A DNA stretch of 64,000 nt from Mobula hypostoma (GCF_963921235.1 NC_086097.1:228100001-228164000), one strand, 5' to 3'. Counted from the first letter of the stretch, positions 47,361-59,295 are shown. Notes: generated from the sequence alone by a model not told the origin. Translations and numbers: made by a program.

Positions 47361-49711
47361 TGCCGCATTACTGAACTCTCAGGTCGGGTAGGTGTAGCTC
47401 TCCGGGGGTGGGGGGAGGGGAGCCATGGTCGACAGCCCACTCCTGCATTCCGAGGGGCCAGCGCTATTTATTGATTTTGTTTGAAAATGTGTATGTGGGA
47501 TTGTGGTGGGACATTCAAGTTCATTTATTGTTACATTTTAGCTTGGGTTACACAGTTATTTACCGGTGTGTTTGTGGGTTACCCTGACTGTAACCGGGCT
47601 GTGCAATAAACACCTCCCCTATCTGCGTGTGACTGAGTGGGTTCCCTTCCCATGTCATAGCACCTGGTCTGGTTTTGTGCTTTTCGCAAAAAAAGTGGCT
47701 GTTGAGTTAAACGAGCTTTTCCCGTCTGTCGTCATGGACTGAATGCTCACCACAATATTATTTAGGACCGCACAGGTAGGCTTGCCTCTGACTTGAGTGG
47801 GGATTGTTCAGGGGCCATAACTCTGAGCAGGTCAGGAGTCTGCAGCTGGATTAATCAGTGTGCCTGGAGCTCAGGAGTTTTGGCTGGCAGGGGATTCTCA
47901 ATTGAATCTGATTGGGTTTGTGAGAGTTAGAGTTCGGCACGGACTAGAAGGGCCGAGATGGCCTGTTTCCATGCTGTAATTGCTATATGGTTATATGATC
48001 CTGGCTGAGGATGGGTATAAGAATAGTGGTGAGGGTAAAAATCTTCTGTAAACCTGGAGGGATAAGAGGAGACATTGCAGCTCCTGACCTCAAGGTATGT
48101 TGGGAGAAACTCACTGCAGTCCTCACCAACTGGTGGAAGGGCATCTTAAGCCTTGGTGGCTCTAGGCAAATGAACCACAGTGTGGCAATGGGTTATACAG
48201 TACAGCCTTTTCTAGCAGTTTCCCAAAATTGGATTACTATAATCTATTCCTGTTCTAGCACATTTAAAATCACATGTTTGGCTTCAAGTTAAATTGGACT
48301 CGAATTGTTTTTAAATATTTCCACAATCCATGTCATCAAAACCACCTATTTTAGGGATGCTGAAGTTTTCACTGTTTCAGGGTTGAAGTAGATACGGGAT
48401 TGGGAAGTGGTTTAGCGTTGTGGACAAGTGGTGGAGGGTCCAGGAAAGAGAGGATGAGTGAGACACTGGGGTAACAATGCCAACTCAGTGAAACTGAGGA
48501 AATACAGACATACCAGGGATAATATGTCTGATTTTGGGATAATAGATTGTACTTGTGCATTTTAATGATCGAATAAATGAGATGTCACAAGCCTTTCATG
48601 ATGGGTTGAGAAGCATCTAATGTGGCAAATTAAACAATATTCTGATATCAAGATTTTTAGGAGGAGAAATAGCCCGTTTGGAAATGTCTTCAGTTTTACA
48701 GTTTCTGAACTTGTCTCCAGCATAATTGAGGTACAGTAGCTTTACTTTTTTATTCTAAATCAATTGGTTCTAAAGTCTATAACCCATACTCCTGAGGGAT
48801 TGGGATTCTACCACTAGTGTTCTTCTTGGTCCCACACTGCTGCTGGCTGCTCAGTGACCCTTTGGTGACCCCAAATTTAAAGCCTGTTAAAAGCAGAAGC
48901 AAGAGTTGGCCGTATATCCACTCCAGTCTGCTTCAACATCATTATGGCTGATTTTTGCCTCATCCTTTCTGCTGTCCACTTGCCATATTCTTATTCACTT
49001 GCTGTTTGGGAGTTCTATCCAGTGCCCTCTTGGATAGTGAGCTGCAAAGATTAACTATTCTCTACAATTTCCCCTCCCCCCACCATGTCTTGTGGCTGAC
49101 CTCTTATCCTTTGCCGTCAAGTTCTAAAGGAAATGGCCTCTGTGTACCCAACATGTCTGTTTCACTCAGAATCTTGTGTATCTCAATAAGATCACCTCTA
49201 ATTCTTCTAAACTCCACAAATGTCACTCACTGTCCTCAAAGAGCAACCGCACTTATACCAGGAATTTGTGAATCTATACTGCCCTGCCTCCAACTCTAGT
49301 ACATTAACAGGCTGAAATTTTAGATTAACTTTATTAGCTAAAAATAACAAACCCCAGGTGTGATCCAAGGCATTCATTACCCTTGTCAGCTGTGCTGTGT
49401 TTCTGCATTGCTGTGGTTCCTCCAGATATCCTTCAGGGTCACATCTTATCTTGCGTTATACTGGTTCTGTAACAGGGAAATTCCAGTAAAGCAGAAAATG
49501 GCTGGACTTAATCCCAAAAGTATATAACAATATTTTTACCAGTTATATTGCTGCATTGTACTTCGTTAAAACCACTGCACTTGGTACTGTTCTGCAATAA
49601 TAATGCCCTTTTATCTCTGTTGGTAGCTTTAAAATGTTTCCTATACCTTGCACGCAAGCTTTGAGATTGATAATGTTTCATACACATTTACTCCACAATC
49701 AGTCTCTTAAT

Positions 49712-49993
49712 TTTTTATTATTATTAAGATGCAGCATGGAATAGCCCCTTGTGGCCCTTCGATCCAACAATCCCCCGATTTTAATCCTACCCTACTCATG
49801 GGGCAATATACAGTGACCAATTAACCTACCAGCCGGCACATCTTTGAACTGTGGGAGGAAACTGGAGCACCCAGAGGAAACCCATGAAATCACAGGGAGA
49901 ACATACAAGCTGCTTACAGGCGGCAGTGAGAATTGAACCCTGGTCACCTGTACTGTAGAGCGTTGTGCTAACCACTACGCTACTATGCTGCCC
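49712..49993 (-). mobile_element. HE1-like V-SINE
   Basis: Reverse complement of the 21232/38216 family (GGGCAGCATAGTAGCGTAGTGGTTAGC head, GGTTCAATTC B-box, V-domain). Confidence 0.85.
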
Positions 49994-51014
49994 TAATTAT
50001 TATGAAGTAGAACCAGTTACCTAGGTGACAAAGTAGCATCAGATTTCTGTAATACTAAGTATATTTATTTAATCCAGATGCAAACACCCAGCAAATGTAA
50101 ATACCTTAATTTTCCAGAATAGTTGTGTCTTGTAGCTCAATTATATAAAATACAGGACAGATGAAACGAGTGTAAAACATTGGAATCATTAATTATTAAA
50201 TGTAGAGATCAGAAATAGAGGATTGCCTGTGTCAGAAGGTAATTATTTATAACTATTCTCAGCCTTTCTCCATTCATAAATATTTTTATAGAATTTGCTT
50301 AAACTCCATTTTCTGTGAAGCAATCTATCTGTTGGAATAAACAAACGTTTTTCAATGTTGAAAACAGCTTCGTGCGATGAGGTGATTTGTCCAGAGGTGT
50401 TACTATTTTAGATGATTGTTGGCAAGTTATGGAGACAGCTGCATCAAATTTAAGGGAAGGCGATGAAATCTTAATAAATTAAAATAGAACAGGAGCTTTG
50501 GACTTGACTGAAGAGAAAAATATTTATAAGAAACCTGCAGAATTTTTGAAGCAGTCTGGTAACATTTTGACACATTTGAAACCTAAATAGCTGGATCTGA
50601 TTTGTAGAGGGGCATCCATGCTCATCCTCAAAATGGCAGCTTATTGTTTTTGATTAATTAATTTGATTATATTTGGAAGCATTCCTTTATTTGACTTAAT
50701 CTCTGGAGATTAAAGAAATCCGATAAATGATTCCAAATTATGGTCACATCATAAATATTAAACACAGTATTTTCTGCAGATGCTGGCAATCCAGAGCAAC
50801 ACACGCAAAATTATGGAGGAACTCAGCAGGTCAGGCAGCATCTATGGAGGCGAATAAATAGTTGACATTTTGAGCCAAGACCCTTCATCAAGACTGGAAA
50901 GCAAGGGGGAAGCAGAATAAGAAGGTGGGAAACCTTACTGAGACACTACCAGTGGAGGAGAATAGTCAGAATCCGAATGAGAATCGGGTTTAATGTCACT
51001 GGCATATGTTGTGA

Positions 51015-51709
51015 GACCCGACACAGACTGGGAGACCGTTTTGCTGAACACCTATGCTCTGTCCGCCAGAGAAAGCAGAATCTCCCAGTGGCCACACATT
51101 TTAATTCCACGTCCCATTCCCATTCCCATTCTGATATGTCTGTCCACGGCCTCCTCTACTGTCAAGATGAAGCCACACTCAGTTTGGAGGAACGACACCT
51201 TATATACCGTCTGGGTAGCCTCCAACCTGATGGCATGAACATTGATTTCTCTAACTTCTGTTAATGCCCCTCCTCCCCTTCTTCCCCTTCTTCCCCCATC
51301 CCTTATTTATTTTTATTCCCCCCCCCTTTTTTTTCTTCTTCTCTCTCTGTCTCTCTCACAATCACTCCTTGCCTGCTCTCCATCTTCCTCTGGACTCCCC
51401 TCCCCCTTTCTTTCTCCCTAGGCCTCCCATCCCATGATCGTCCCCCTTCTCCAGCCTTGTATCCCTTCTGCCAATCAACTTTCCAGCTCTTAGCTTCTTC
51501 CCTCCCCCTCCTGTCTCCTATCATTTCGGATCTCCCCCTCCCACTTTCAAATCGCTTACTATCTCTGCTTTCAGTTAGTCCTGACGAAGGGTCTCGGCCC
51601 GAAACGTCGACTGTACTTCTTCCTAGAGATGCTGCCTGGCCTGCTGTGTTCACCAGCATTTTGTGCATGTTGCTTGAATTTCCAGCATCTGCAGATTTTC
51701 TCATGTTTG
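51015..51709 (+). mobile_element. Young Penelope-like element: GIY-YIG C-terminus, pyrimidine tract and pLTR
   Basis: 'ETRHRLGDRFAEHLCSVR…PVATHFNS…LEERHLIYRLGSLQPDGMN'. TSD TGTTGTGA at 51007-51014 and 51710-51717. Confidence 0.92.
51576..51613 (+). ncRNA. Minimal type-I hammerhead ribozyme motif with complete core, in PLE pLTR
   Basis: TAGTC-CTGACGA-A-GGG-TCTCGG-CCC-GAAA-C-G-T-C-GACTG. Stem I TAGTC/GACTG, core CUGANGA and GAAA, stem II GGG/CCC, palindromic ACGU stem III, predicted cleavage after GUC (C51608). Confidence 0.85.
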
Positions 51710-52107
51710 TGTTGTGAAATTTGTTGTCTTTGCAGCAGCAGTACAATGCAATACATGATAGAAAAAAACTGAATTACATTAAGTATATATATTAAATAAT
51801 TAAATAAGTAAAGAAAAAACAGAAATAAAACAAGAAGTGAGGTAGTGTTCATGGGCTCAACATGCATTCAGAAATTGGATGGCAGAGCAGAAGGAGCTGT
51901 TCCTGAATTGTTGAGTGTGTGCCTTCAGGTTTTTGTACCTGCTTCCTGATGAGAACAATATATGTCTTGGGTGTTCGGGGTCCTTAATGATGGAAACCAC
52001 CTTTTTGAGGCATCGCTCCTTGAAGATGTCTTGGTTGCTACGGAGGATAGTGCCTCTGTAATGGAGCTGACTAATTTTATAACTTTCTGCAGCTTATTTT
52101 GCTGACT

Positions 52108-52520
52108 AGAAGTGCACAGAGAGTGGTAAGCGTAAAGGAGTTGGGTGCTTACTGTTCTGGTTAACAACAGATGTTGCTATCTGGGTCATATTACGGGTCG
52201 GGTCGAGGAACGTGTTTGTAGACCAGATATTGAACTTTTTACTATTGGACTTCGGCCACATTTCACCGAGATACAACACTGGGCGGCACGGGAGGTCGTT
52301 CCTGCCTGTGGCCATCGAACTTGCAGCTCCTCCCATGGAGGGTCAGACACCCTGAGCCAATAGACTGGTCCTGGACTTTTTTCCATCTGGCATAGTTTGC
52401 ATTTTGTTGCTTGATTGTTTGTGATTTTTGTATTGCTATATTTATGCTCTGTTCTTGGTTGGTGCGGCTGTAACGAAACCCAATTTCCCTTGGGATCAAT
52501 AAAGTATATCTATCTATCTA
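52108..52520 (+). mobile_element. Internally deleted Rex1-type element (endonuclease fragment fused to 3' end)
   Basis: 'LTVLVNNRCCYLGHIT…ERVCRPDIELFTIGLRP' (EN region) is joined directly to the terminal coding segment and 3' UTR, with AATAAA and a (TATC)n tail. Confidence 0.7.
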
Positions 52521-52537
52521 CACTAAACCTGTAATTC

Positions 52538-53080
52538 CCATGAGCCTCCCCTGTACCCTTTCCAGTGTCAGTACATCCTTTCTTGGATAAAGTGCCCAGG
52601 GCAGTTCAAAGTACTTCAAGTACAGTCTAACCAATGTTTTATAAAGCCTCAGCATCACATCCTTGCTGTTATATTCTAGTCCTCTCAAAATGAATGGAAC
52701 ATTACATTTGCCTTCCTTACCACTGACTCAACTTGCAAGTTAACCTTTAGGGAATCCTGCACATGGACTCACAAGTCCCTTTGCAGATCTGATTTTTGAA
52801 TTTGCTCCCCATTTAGAGAAAAATCTATGCGTGTATTCCTTCTACCAAAGTGTGTGATCGTGCATTTCCCTACACTATATTCCATCTGCTACTTCTTTAG
52901 CCATTCTCCCAATCTTTCCACATCCTTCTGCAGACCCTCTGCTTCCTCAACACTACCTGAACCTCCACCTTTCTTTGTATCACCTGCAAACGTAACCACA
53001 AAGCCAATCAATTTTGTTATCCAAATCGTTGACGTGAAAAGAAGCAGACACAATACAGACCCCTGTGGAATACTACTTGT
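52538..53080 (-). mobile_element. CR1 RT fragment
   Basis: Reverse complement of the 25550-26000 type sequence. Confidence 0.8.
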
Positions 53081-53263
53081 TAATCATTGTGGGTGTTATA
53101 CTGGGCTTATGTCAGGAAATTTGTTTTTTTTTGGGCAGCAGTACAACCCTTCAACCCGCCCTTCTCCATTATCATGGACAGCTTTCGCAGGTTTCTGCAG
53201 TGATGTCCATATAATGCATTATACAATCCTCCTGTCTGCAGAAACTCATCCTGATGAGGTTTC

Positions 53264-53508
53264 TGTTTTGCTTTTAATATTGCAGTCACATTTGAGTAAT
53301 ATTTTAAATATATTTTTGATTAAGTATTCTTGTTCTTTTAAATAATTCATTGCAGGTTATATGTAAAAATATGTAAATTGCATAAGTCATGACGTTACCA
53401 CATCATGTGTGTGCCTTGCTTAAAGTAAAAACGAAGTCAGACTCACATCCCAGTTTCCTTTATTATTCCTCCAATTAGTTTTATGTTTTGGCGTTACAAA
53501 ACTTAAAA
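53264..53508 (+). repeat. Gypsy 5' LTR
   Basis: Direct repeat of 59070-59295 (ATTTGAGTA, GGTTATATGTAAAAATA and TTTTGG-GTT-CAAAAC blocks). Confidence 0.8.
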
Positions 53509-54544
53509 GTGGTGAAGCGTAATATTTAAAACTAACCCAAGATGGCTTCCTACCTCTTGAAGCGCAGTGAGACAATCAAGTTAAAAAATATATCACAGCA
53601 CGTGTTCTTTGGGAGGGAAGACACAGTTGAGTTTTGAAAAAAAAGACAAAATACAGACAAATTCTCGGGTTCATAAAGAGTGAGTACAGGATGATATTAA
53701 TAAATAAAAGAGCAGAAATGGCTGGCTACATTGGAAAAATAGACATGTTCAATTGCACAAAAGATAACTGGTTGTTATATACTGAGCAAATTGAGCAGTA
53801 TTTTAAAGCAAACTGAATAGCCAATGTGAAACAAGATACCAGTTTTCTTGATGCATTGGGTGGAAAAGCATAAAATTTGCTTAGAAGTTTAACTGCTCCA
53901 ACCAAACGAGCCAAAATGAGCTTTGCTAATATCGTGAAAGTAATGCAGGAGAATATAGAACCAAAATGATTGTTGATTGCAGAACAGAATGGATCGAATA
54001 GATGAATGGCCACTGGTTCGAGTCTCTGCTGTCAGAGGAGTCACTCGTTCAAGTCACTGCCCTTTGAGATATTATTGAAATTCTGAGATTTGTGAATTGG
54101 TTGCAGTTCAAACCAGCTGTAGTTCATATTGCCCTCTTTCAGATCTACTTTTTTTGTGTTCTTGCCCATTCTTTCTTGCTGCGGGCCAGTGGGCTGGGGC
54201 CTTGGGTGATCTTTTAGTTTTGTGTGAGGAAGGGGTTGGGGTGTTTGGGGTTTGCAAGATTTCTTTTCTTTCTCTTTTCGTGCAGGGGATTGATCTCTTT
54301 CTTTTAACTACTTATATGGTTTTCTGTATTTTATGGCTATTTGGAGAAGACAAATTTCAGAACTGTATTCTGCATACATACTCTGACAATAAAATGAACT
54401 TTAGTACCCTTGAAAATCAAAAGGAAGGTGAGTCCATTTGAGCATACATGGCTGAATTGAAGAAGTTGTCTGAGTATTGTTAGTTCAGTGATGAGCTTGA
54501 TGATGCGCTGAGAGATCATTTAGTTTGTAGAATTTTACAAGAAA

Positions 54545-55857
54545 CTAGACAACGGGGTGACCCGTTGGGGCACCCTTTGATCGAAGGGTAGTGCAGTCTG
54601 ATGTGACCAGAATGAACATTAAATTTTCCTGAATGCTATTGCTTTGCTTTGAAAATTGAAGAAGAAAACCTCAGTTTATTAAAAAAGAAAGACGCATAGC
54701 AAGGCAAATATAACTCCTCCTCATTTAATGAAGGACACTTTTGATGGCATCATTTCTGGTTGATCTGCCACGCTTGTGCCTCTTGTTGTCATTCTGGAGA
54801 CGTGCAGTCCTTTCATCCGCCATCTTTTCATCTCTTCTGCTGTTTATTCTTTGTCTCTGATCTTGGAGACGTCCATTTCTCTGCTCCTTTGTCTCTTCCT
54901 CTCTCCTCCTCCTGTGCCTGTTTTTGTCATTCTGGAGACGTGCAGCCCTTTCATCCCCCGTCTCTTCATCTCTTCTGCTGTTTGTTGTTTGTCTCTGATC
55001 CTGGAGGTGCGTTTCTCAGCTCCTTTGTCTCTTCGTCTCTCCTCCTTCTATGCCAGTTGTTGTCATTTTGGATATTGCATGCCTCTCCTCCTGTGTCTCT
55101 TCTCTCATCTTTTACATCCTGACTCTTTGATCCTGGAATCGTGCCTCATCCGATTCTTGTTCTCTCCTTCTCCTTGCCACTTCCCGACGATGTTTGGCAT
55201 CATCTCTTGACCATAATGTCCCCCTTCTCTTTCCACACGGCATAATTAGGCTGTCCATATTTTTTTTTTACCCTAATGCTGGATAGAAGATATGAAGCAG
55301 TAACACCAAAGCCTCCAGGATGCTGATTATTCTGATGATGTGGTTGGCACTCTCCTAAATGGATGTGATATAGTCACCGCTGTCCTTTGACTGCAGCAAA
55401 GGGTTTGATGAGTGTCTCAAAGTACGTCATTACAATAAGATTTAATTATCCCTTATTGATGGGTCTCAGTTTGATCTGTCCCAATCCCGCACATGCTGGT
55501 GGTGATTAGCAGAATGTGACCACTCGAAATAGAGCTGCCCTGCCCTTTTGCTCTGGTTGGTGTCACTACTGTGAGCATCGTGAGTCACTTCTGAGGCTGG
55601 CCATGCGCATGCTTTGTGGTGTCGCGTCACAGTTTCCATCATGGCTGACATCCGCTCTTGGGTGAAAGCGGGGCTGTAGATTTTGGCGAGTGAGCAATTT
55701 TATATGAATATATAACCCCTGAACTTTGCCTGCATTCTGTAAGTTAGTGCATTTTAAGTCGATTTAGCCAAAAATAGTGCCACTGTAATGCACCGTTTGC
55801 GCTAATTGGAGGTCACAAACAGACAAACAGACCATGAGAGTTTTAGTAGTATATAGA
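54545..55857 (-). mobile_element. Non-autonomous Helitron (1313 bp)
   Basis: Minus strand 5'-TCTATATACTAC…GTCTAG-3'. GC-rich hairpin GGGTGCCC-CAAC-GGGTCACCC ends 10 nt before the 3' end. Inserted between A and T of Gypsy gag (GAAA|TCAT) with no TSD. Confidence 0.92.
54725..55243 (-). pseudogene. Frameshifted ORF of 23-aa STPR-like repeats inside the Helitron
   Basis: Manual translation gives LQDQRQTTNSRRDEETGDERAAR / LQNDKNRHRRRREEETKEQRNGR / LQDQRQRINSRRDEKMADERTAR / LQNDNKRHKR…. 69/138-bp nucleotide periodicity. ATG at 55243, TAA at 54725. Confidence 0.75.
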
Positions 55858-56722
55858 TCATTTAATAACAGTTCCTAACTGAAGCACAACTTAACAGTTG
55901 AAGGAATCGCTTGAAGAAGATGGCGCCAGCAGACAAGGTGACCAAGGTAACATTCTTTAGACAGTTCACAAAACTACTACTTTTACTACTTCCACTTTTT
56001 TTTTCCTTTTACCTTTGGTTCTGCTACTGTTGGAGCCTATGATCTATCTGTTGGGTATGTGTTTTTGGGCCGATCGAATGATCTGGCGCTTTGCTGTCTC
56101 CGAGGGGGTTCAATGAGAGTTCGAGCAGAGGGTGCGGGCTGGAGGTCAAGAAGGGAATCTGATGTTTTTCTTTGCAGGGGTTCCATAGTTTTCTTTGTTT
56201 TAGGACTTTCTGGGGAAGACAAATCTCAGGGGCGTATAGTGCATACATACTTTGATAATAAATGTACTTTGAATCTTTAAAATAACTGTATAAATGGAAA
56301 CAGCAGACAGAGTCAGAGTTGAGTTGCAGTCAGGAATGAAAGTGAGTGTGAACAAAATTGCAGTGTCTAAACAGAAACTAATGCAGGTTTGAAGGCAAAT
56401 CTTACAGAAAATATAACAAAGTAGGACACATTAAAATAGTATGTCAGGCAGACAAAAATAAATGGACTGCTCATGGAAGAAAAATAAAAAGTCAAGTTGC
56501 AGTTTCAAAAAGAGCAATAATCAGCATGCTATTGATGAAAAATCTGATAATGATGAGAGTGGCAGAGGACTGAGTAGCCTGGAGATTTACAATGTGAAAA
56601 CTAACAACAGACAAGCAATATGGCTTACACCAGAAGTGAACAAAAAATCAATTAAAATGGAATTGGATGCTGGCTTGGCTGTTTCAGTTATTCCACAAAA
56701 TGAGTTTGAAAGGCATTTCAAA

Positions 56723-56900
56723 CACAAGAAAATCTGCAGATGTTGGAAATCACAAAATGCTAGACGAACTTGGCAGGTCAGGTAGCATCTATGAAAATGA
56801 AAAAACAGTCGATGTTTTGGGCCAAGACTCTTCATCAGGATGAGAAGTCGGAGCAAGAAGTTGGCGAGGAGTGGCAGAAGATGCACAAGGTGGCAGGTGA
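56723..56900 (-). mobile_element. PLE terminal fragment nested in the Gypsy protease region
   Basis: AAAATCTGCAGATGTTGGAAATC… and decayed antisense hammerhead (about 56805-56842). Flanked by GCATTTCAAA / GCACTTCAAA. Confidence 0.7.
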
Positions 56901-59069
56901 TAAGCACTTCAAAGATACTGAACTGAAGCCTGCAGATATCCAACTAAGAAGTTATATTGGAGAAAAGATGATTCTGGTGTGATGACATTCACAACAGTGA
57001 AATACAACAACCAACAAGCCACATTGGACTTGTATGTAGTGAAAACAGGAGGGCCAGCATTGCAGGGATGTAATTGGCTGAGACAACCACAACTTGATTG
57101 GAGATCCATCCACAATTTGCATGCCACATGCCCTGTAACAGAGTCAACCTAAAATGAATTAAGAAAGGTACTGGATGATGCCACAGCAATGTTCAAGGAT
57201 GGCATTGGAAAACTCAAAAATATCAAGGGTAAAATAGTGTTAAATGAAAGTGTCACACCCAAGTTTTGTAAAGTCCGTCTGGTTCCTTATACCATCAGTG
57301 ATAAAGTAACCAGTGAACTAGATCACGTGGAGGCTGAACAAGTTCTTTCCACGGTTGAGGTGGAGCCTATGAGCAATGCCAGTGGCCCTGTTAGAGAAGA
57401 GGAATGGCTCTATCAGGATCTGTGGTGATTTTAAGGCCACCATCAAGTCAGTTCAATGGTTCCAATGTCAGTGAATGTATACAGCCTGAAAATCTTATTC
57501 TCCACAGATATCCTCAAAACAGAAAGAAAAAGTGAATGACAGAAAAAAACAGAAGAACCCCAAAGCCCCCTGCCTTCTTTGCATGTGTAAGCAGCGTCAG
57601 CATTCCCGCCACCCACCATGCAAGCAACAGCAAAGCCCCAAAGAGAGACCGTGGTCTGCAGTCCATCTACAGTTCATCCCAACTGTTCAACGTCCCTCAG
57701 GCTCTCTCTCTCTCTCTCTCTCGCTAACAGGGGAGAGAGAAATATCACTGCTTCTACAGCGTGAGGGGAGACAAGCAGTCGCTGTTTCAATGTTACAGTC
57801 TGTAGTGCTCTTTTATTTTGAGTTCCCCCGACTGGAGAACCAGCAGCAAACTCTCACTCACCGTCGAGAGACAAAAAGAGCGAGAGCGATCACCCGAGGG
57901 CAGAGGCCTCCGACGGCCGCACTCATTGTCTCAATGTTGTGGCTCAGTTTGTGACACTGGCGAGAAATTGCATCCACAGGGCCACACTAGGCCACACCAG
58001 GCCACACCCCAAAGGCGCCCTTCATCCAGGCTGATCAATACTCTCTGCCCAGGATAGAGGATATCTTTCAAGCTTTCTCGAGGAAACACTTCAGCAAACT
58101 GGACTTAGCTGTGGCCTACCTAGGGATGGAGATGGAAGAAGAATCCATAGTTTTTCTCACCATAACCATTCACAAAGGGATCTATCATTATAATAGGCTT
58201 ATTTTTGGAGTAACATCTGCCCCTGCGGTATGGCAGAAGGATATGGACCAGGTACTGCAAGATTGCCCAGGCACTCAGTGTTACTGGGATGACATCATTG
58301 TTACTGGTAAGGATGACAAGGAACAACTCCAAAACCTCAAGTTAGTGTTAAAAAGATTAGAAGATTATGGGCTCGGAGCATGACACAACATGTATAAATT
58401 CTTTAAACCAAGCATCACTTACTGTGGTCACACCATTACCCAAGTGTGCTGAGAAAATGTAAGCATTGGTGGATGCTCCAAGGCCAAAAGGACATGTCAC
58501 AGTTGCGGTCCTTTTTAGGATTTATCATTTACAATATCAGGCTCCTGCCTAATCTGGCTACTCTGTTGCACCCTTTGAACTCATTACAGTACTACAGATC
58601 AGGAAGAAACGGCAACGGATAAAGCAGAGTGAGATCGCTTTCCAAAGGGTAAAAGAAGTGATGACGTCGGGCACTGTATTCACACGTTGTGATTCACATA
58701 ATCAGGGAAGCTTGCCATGCACTGTTCCAGTTGCAAACAGGTCCAGATAAAAGGTGGCTGGAGCTGTCAGAACCACTTCCTGCAGTCTCAGAGTCAACTC
58801 CTAGAACCACCACAGAGGAGGCCCCAGAACCGCCAAGCAGAGTGAAACTCATGCCCCACCCATCAAGAAAGTTCTTATCCCACAAGAGTAACAAACCCTC
58901 CACATTGATTTAACCTTTAGGTCTTTATGGGACAATTTAAAATTTACTATGCTGTGGTTATGTATATAGTAGTTGATCATATAGTACACTGTGTGATTTT
59001 TAGAACAATACATTAAATAGGTAATTTGAGTTGTAGTCTATGTTGAGTTTATAGCTAAGCAAGGAGCAG

Positions 59070-59295
59070 TGTTGCATATTTAATATTCCAGTAATATTTG
59101 AGTATTATTGCAAATATATTCTTTGACTAAGCATTTTTGTTGCTTTAAATAGTTCATTAAGGTTATATGTAAAAATATCGTGAAATGCATACACTACCAT
59201 GTCATAACTGTGTAAGTACGGAGTTCGACTCACTTTATGTACTCCCTTGTTTTTCTTCTAGTTAGGTTTATATTTTGGAGTTGCAAAACACAACA
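59070..59295 (+). repeat. Gypsy 3' LTR
   Basis: TGTTG…CAACA termini, preceded by purine-rich AAGCAAGGAGCAG. Confidence 0.82.

Larger units (their letters stand above)
50968..52100 (-). mobile_element. Rex1/Babar 3' end interrupted by a PLE
   Basis: Tail at 50968-51014 continues at 51710. 'KLQKVIKLVSSIT' remnant. Confidence 0.75.
53264..59295 (+). mobile_element. Decayed Ty3/Gypsy LTR retrotransposon with both LTRs and multiple nested insertions
   Basis: gag 'MAGYIGKIDMFNCTKDNWLLYTEQIEQYFKAN', decayed zinc knuckle at about 56380-56450, protease 'MELDAGLAVSVI', RT 'RLIFGVTSAPAVWQKDMDQVL…CYWDDIIVTG'. PBS-like TGGTG at 53510 and purine tract before 59070. RNase H/integrase appear deleted. Confidence 0.9.

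Noticed and set aside
47370..47760. LTR-like CpG-containing segment with AATAAA
   Set aside because: No clear TG…CA termini or TSD could be defined, so it is left unannotated.
50010..50030. RFX X-box-like near-palindrome GTTACCTAGGTGAC
   Set aside because: Single short motif with no promoter context, plausible by chance.
50380..50660. Protein-like reading frame 'GVTILDDCWQVMETAASNLREGDEILIN*'
   Set aside because: Interrupted by stops, no recognisable family, and no donor site.
54780..55140. Periodic repeats as a CRISPR-like array
   Set aside because: Contiguous 69-bp coding tandem units with no unique spacers and no cas genes, in a eukaryotic context.
54760..55210. Plus-strand Cys/Ser/Leu-rich repeat ORFs (120 and 144 aa)
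   Set aside because: Antisense shadows of the minus-strand E/R-rich 23-aa repeat ORF in the Helitron.
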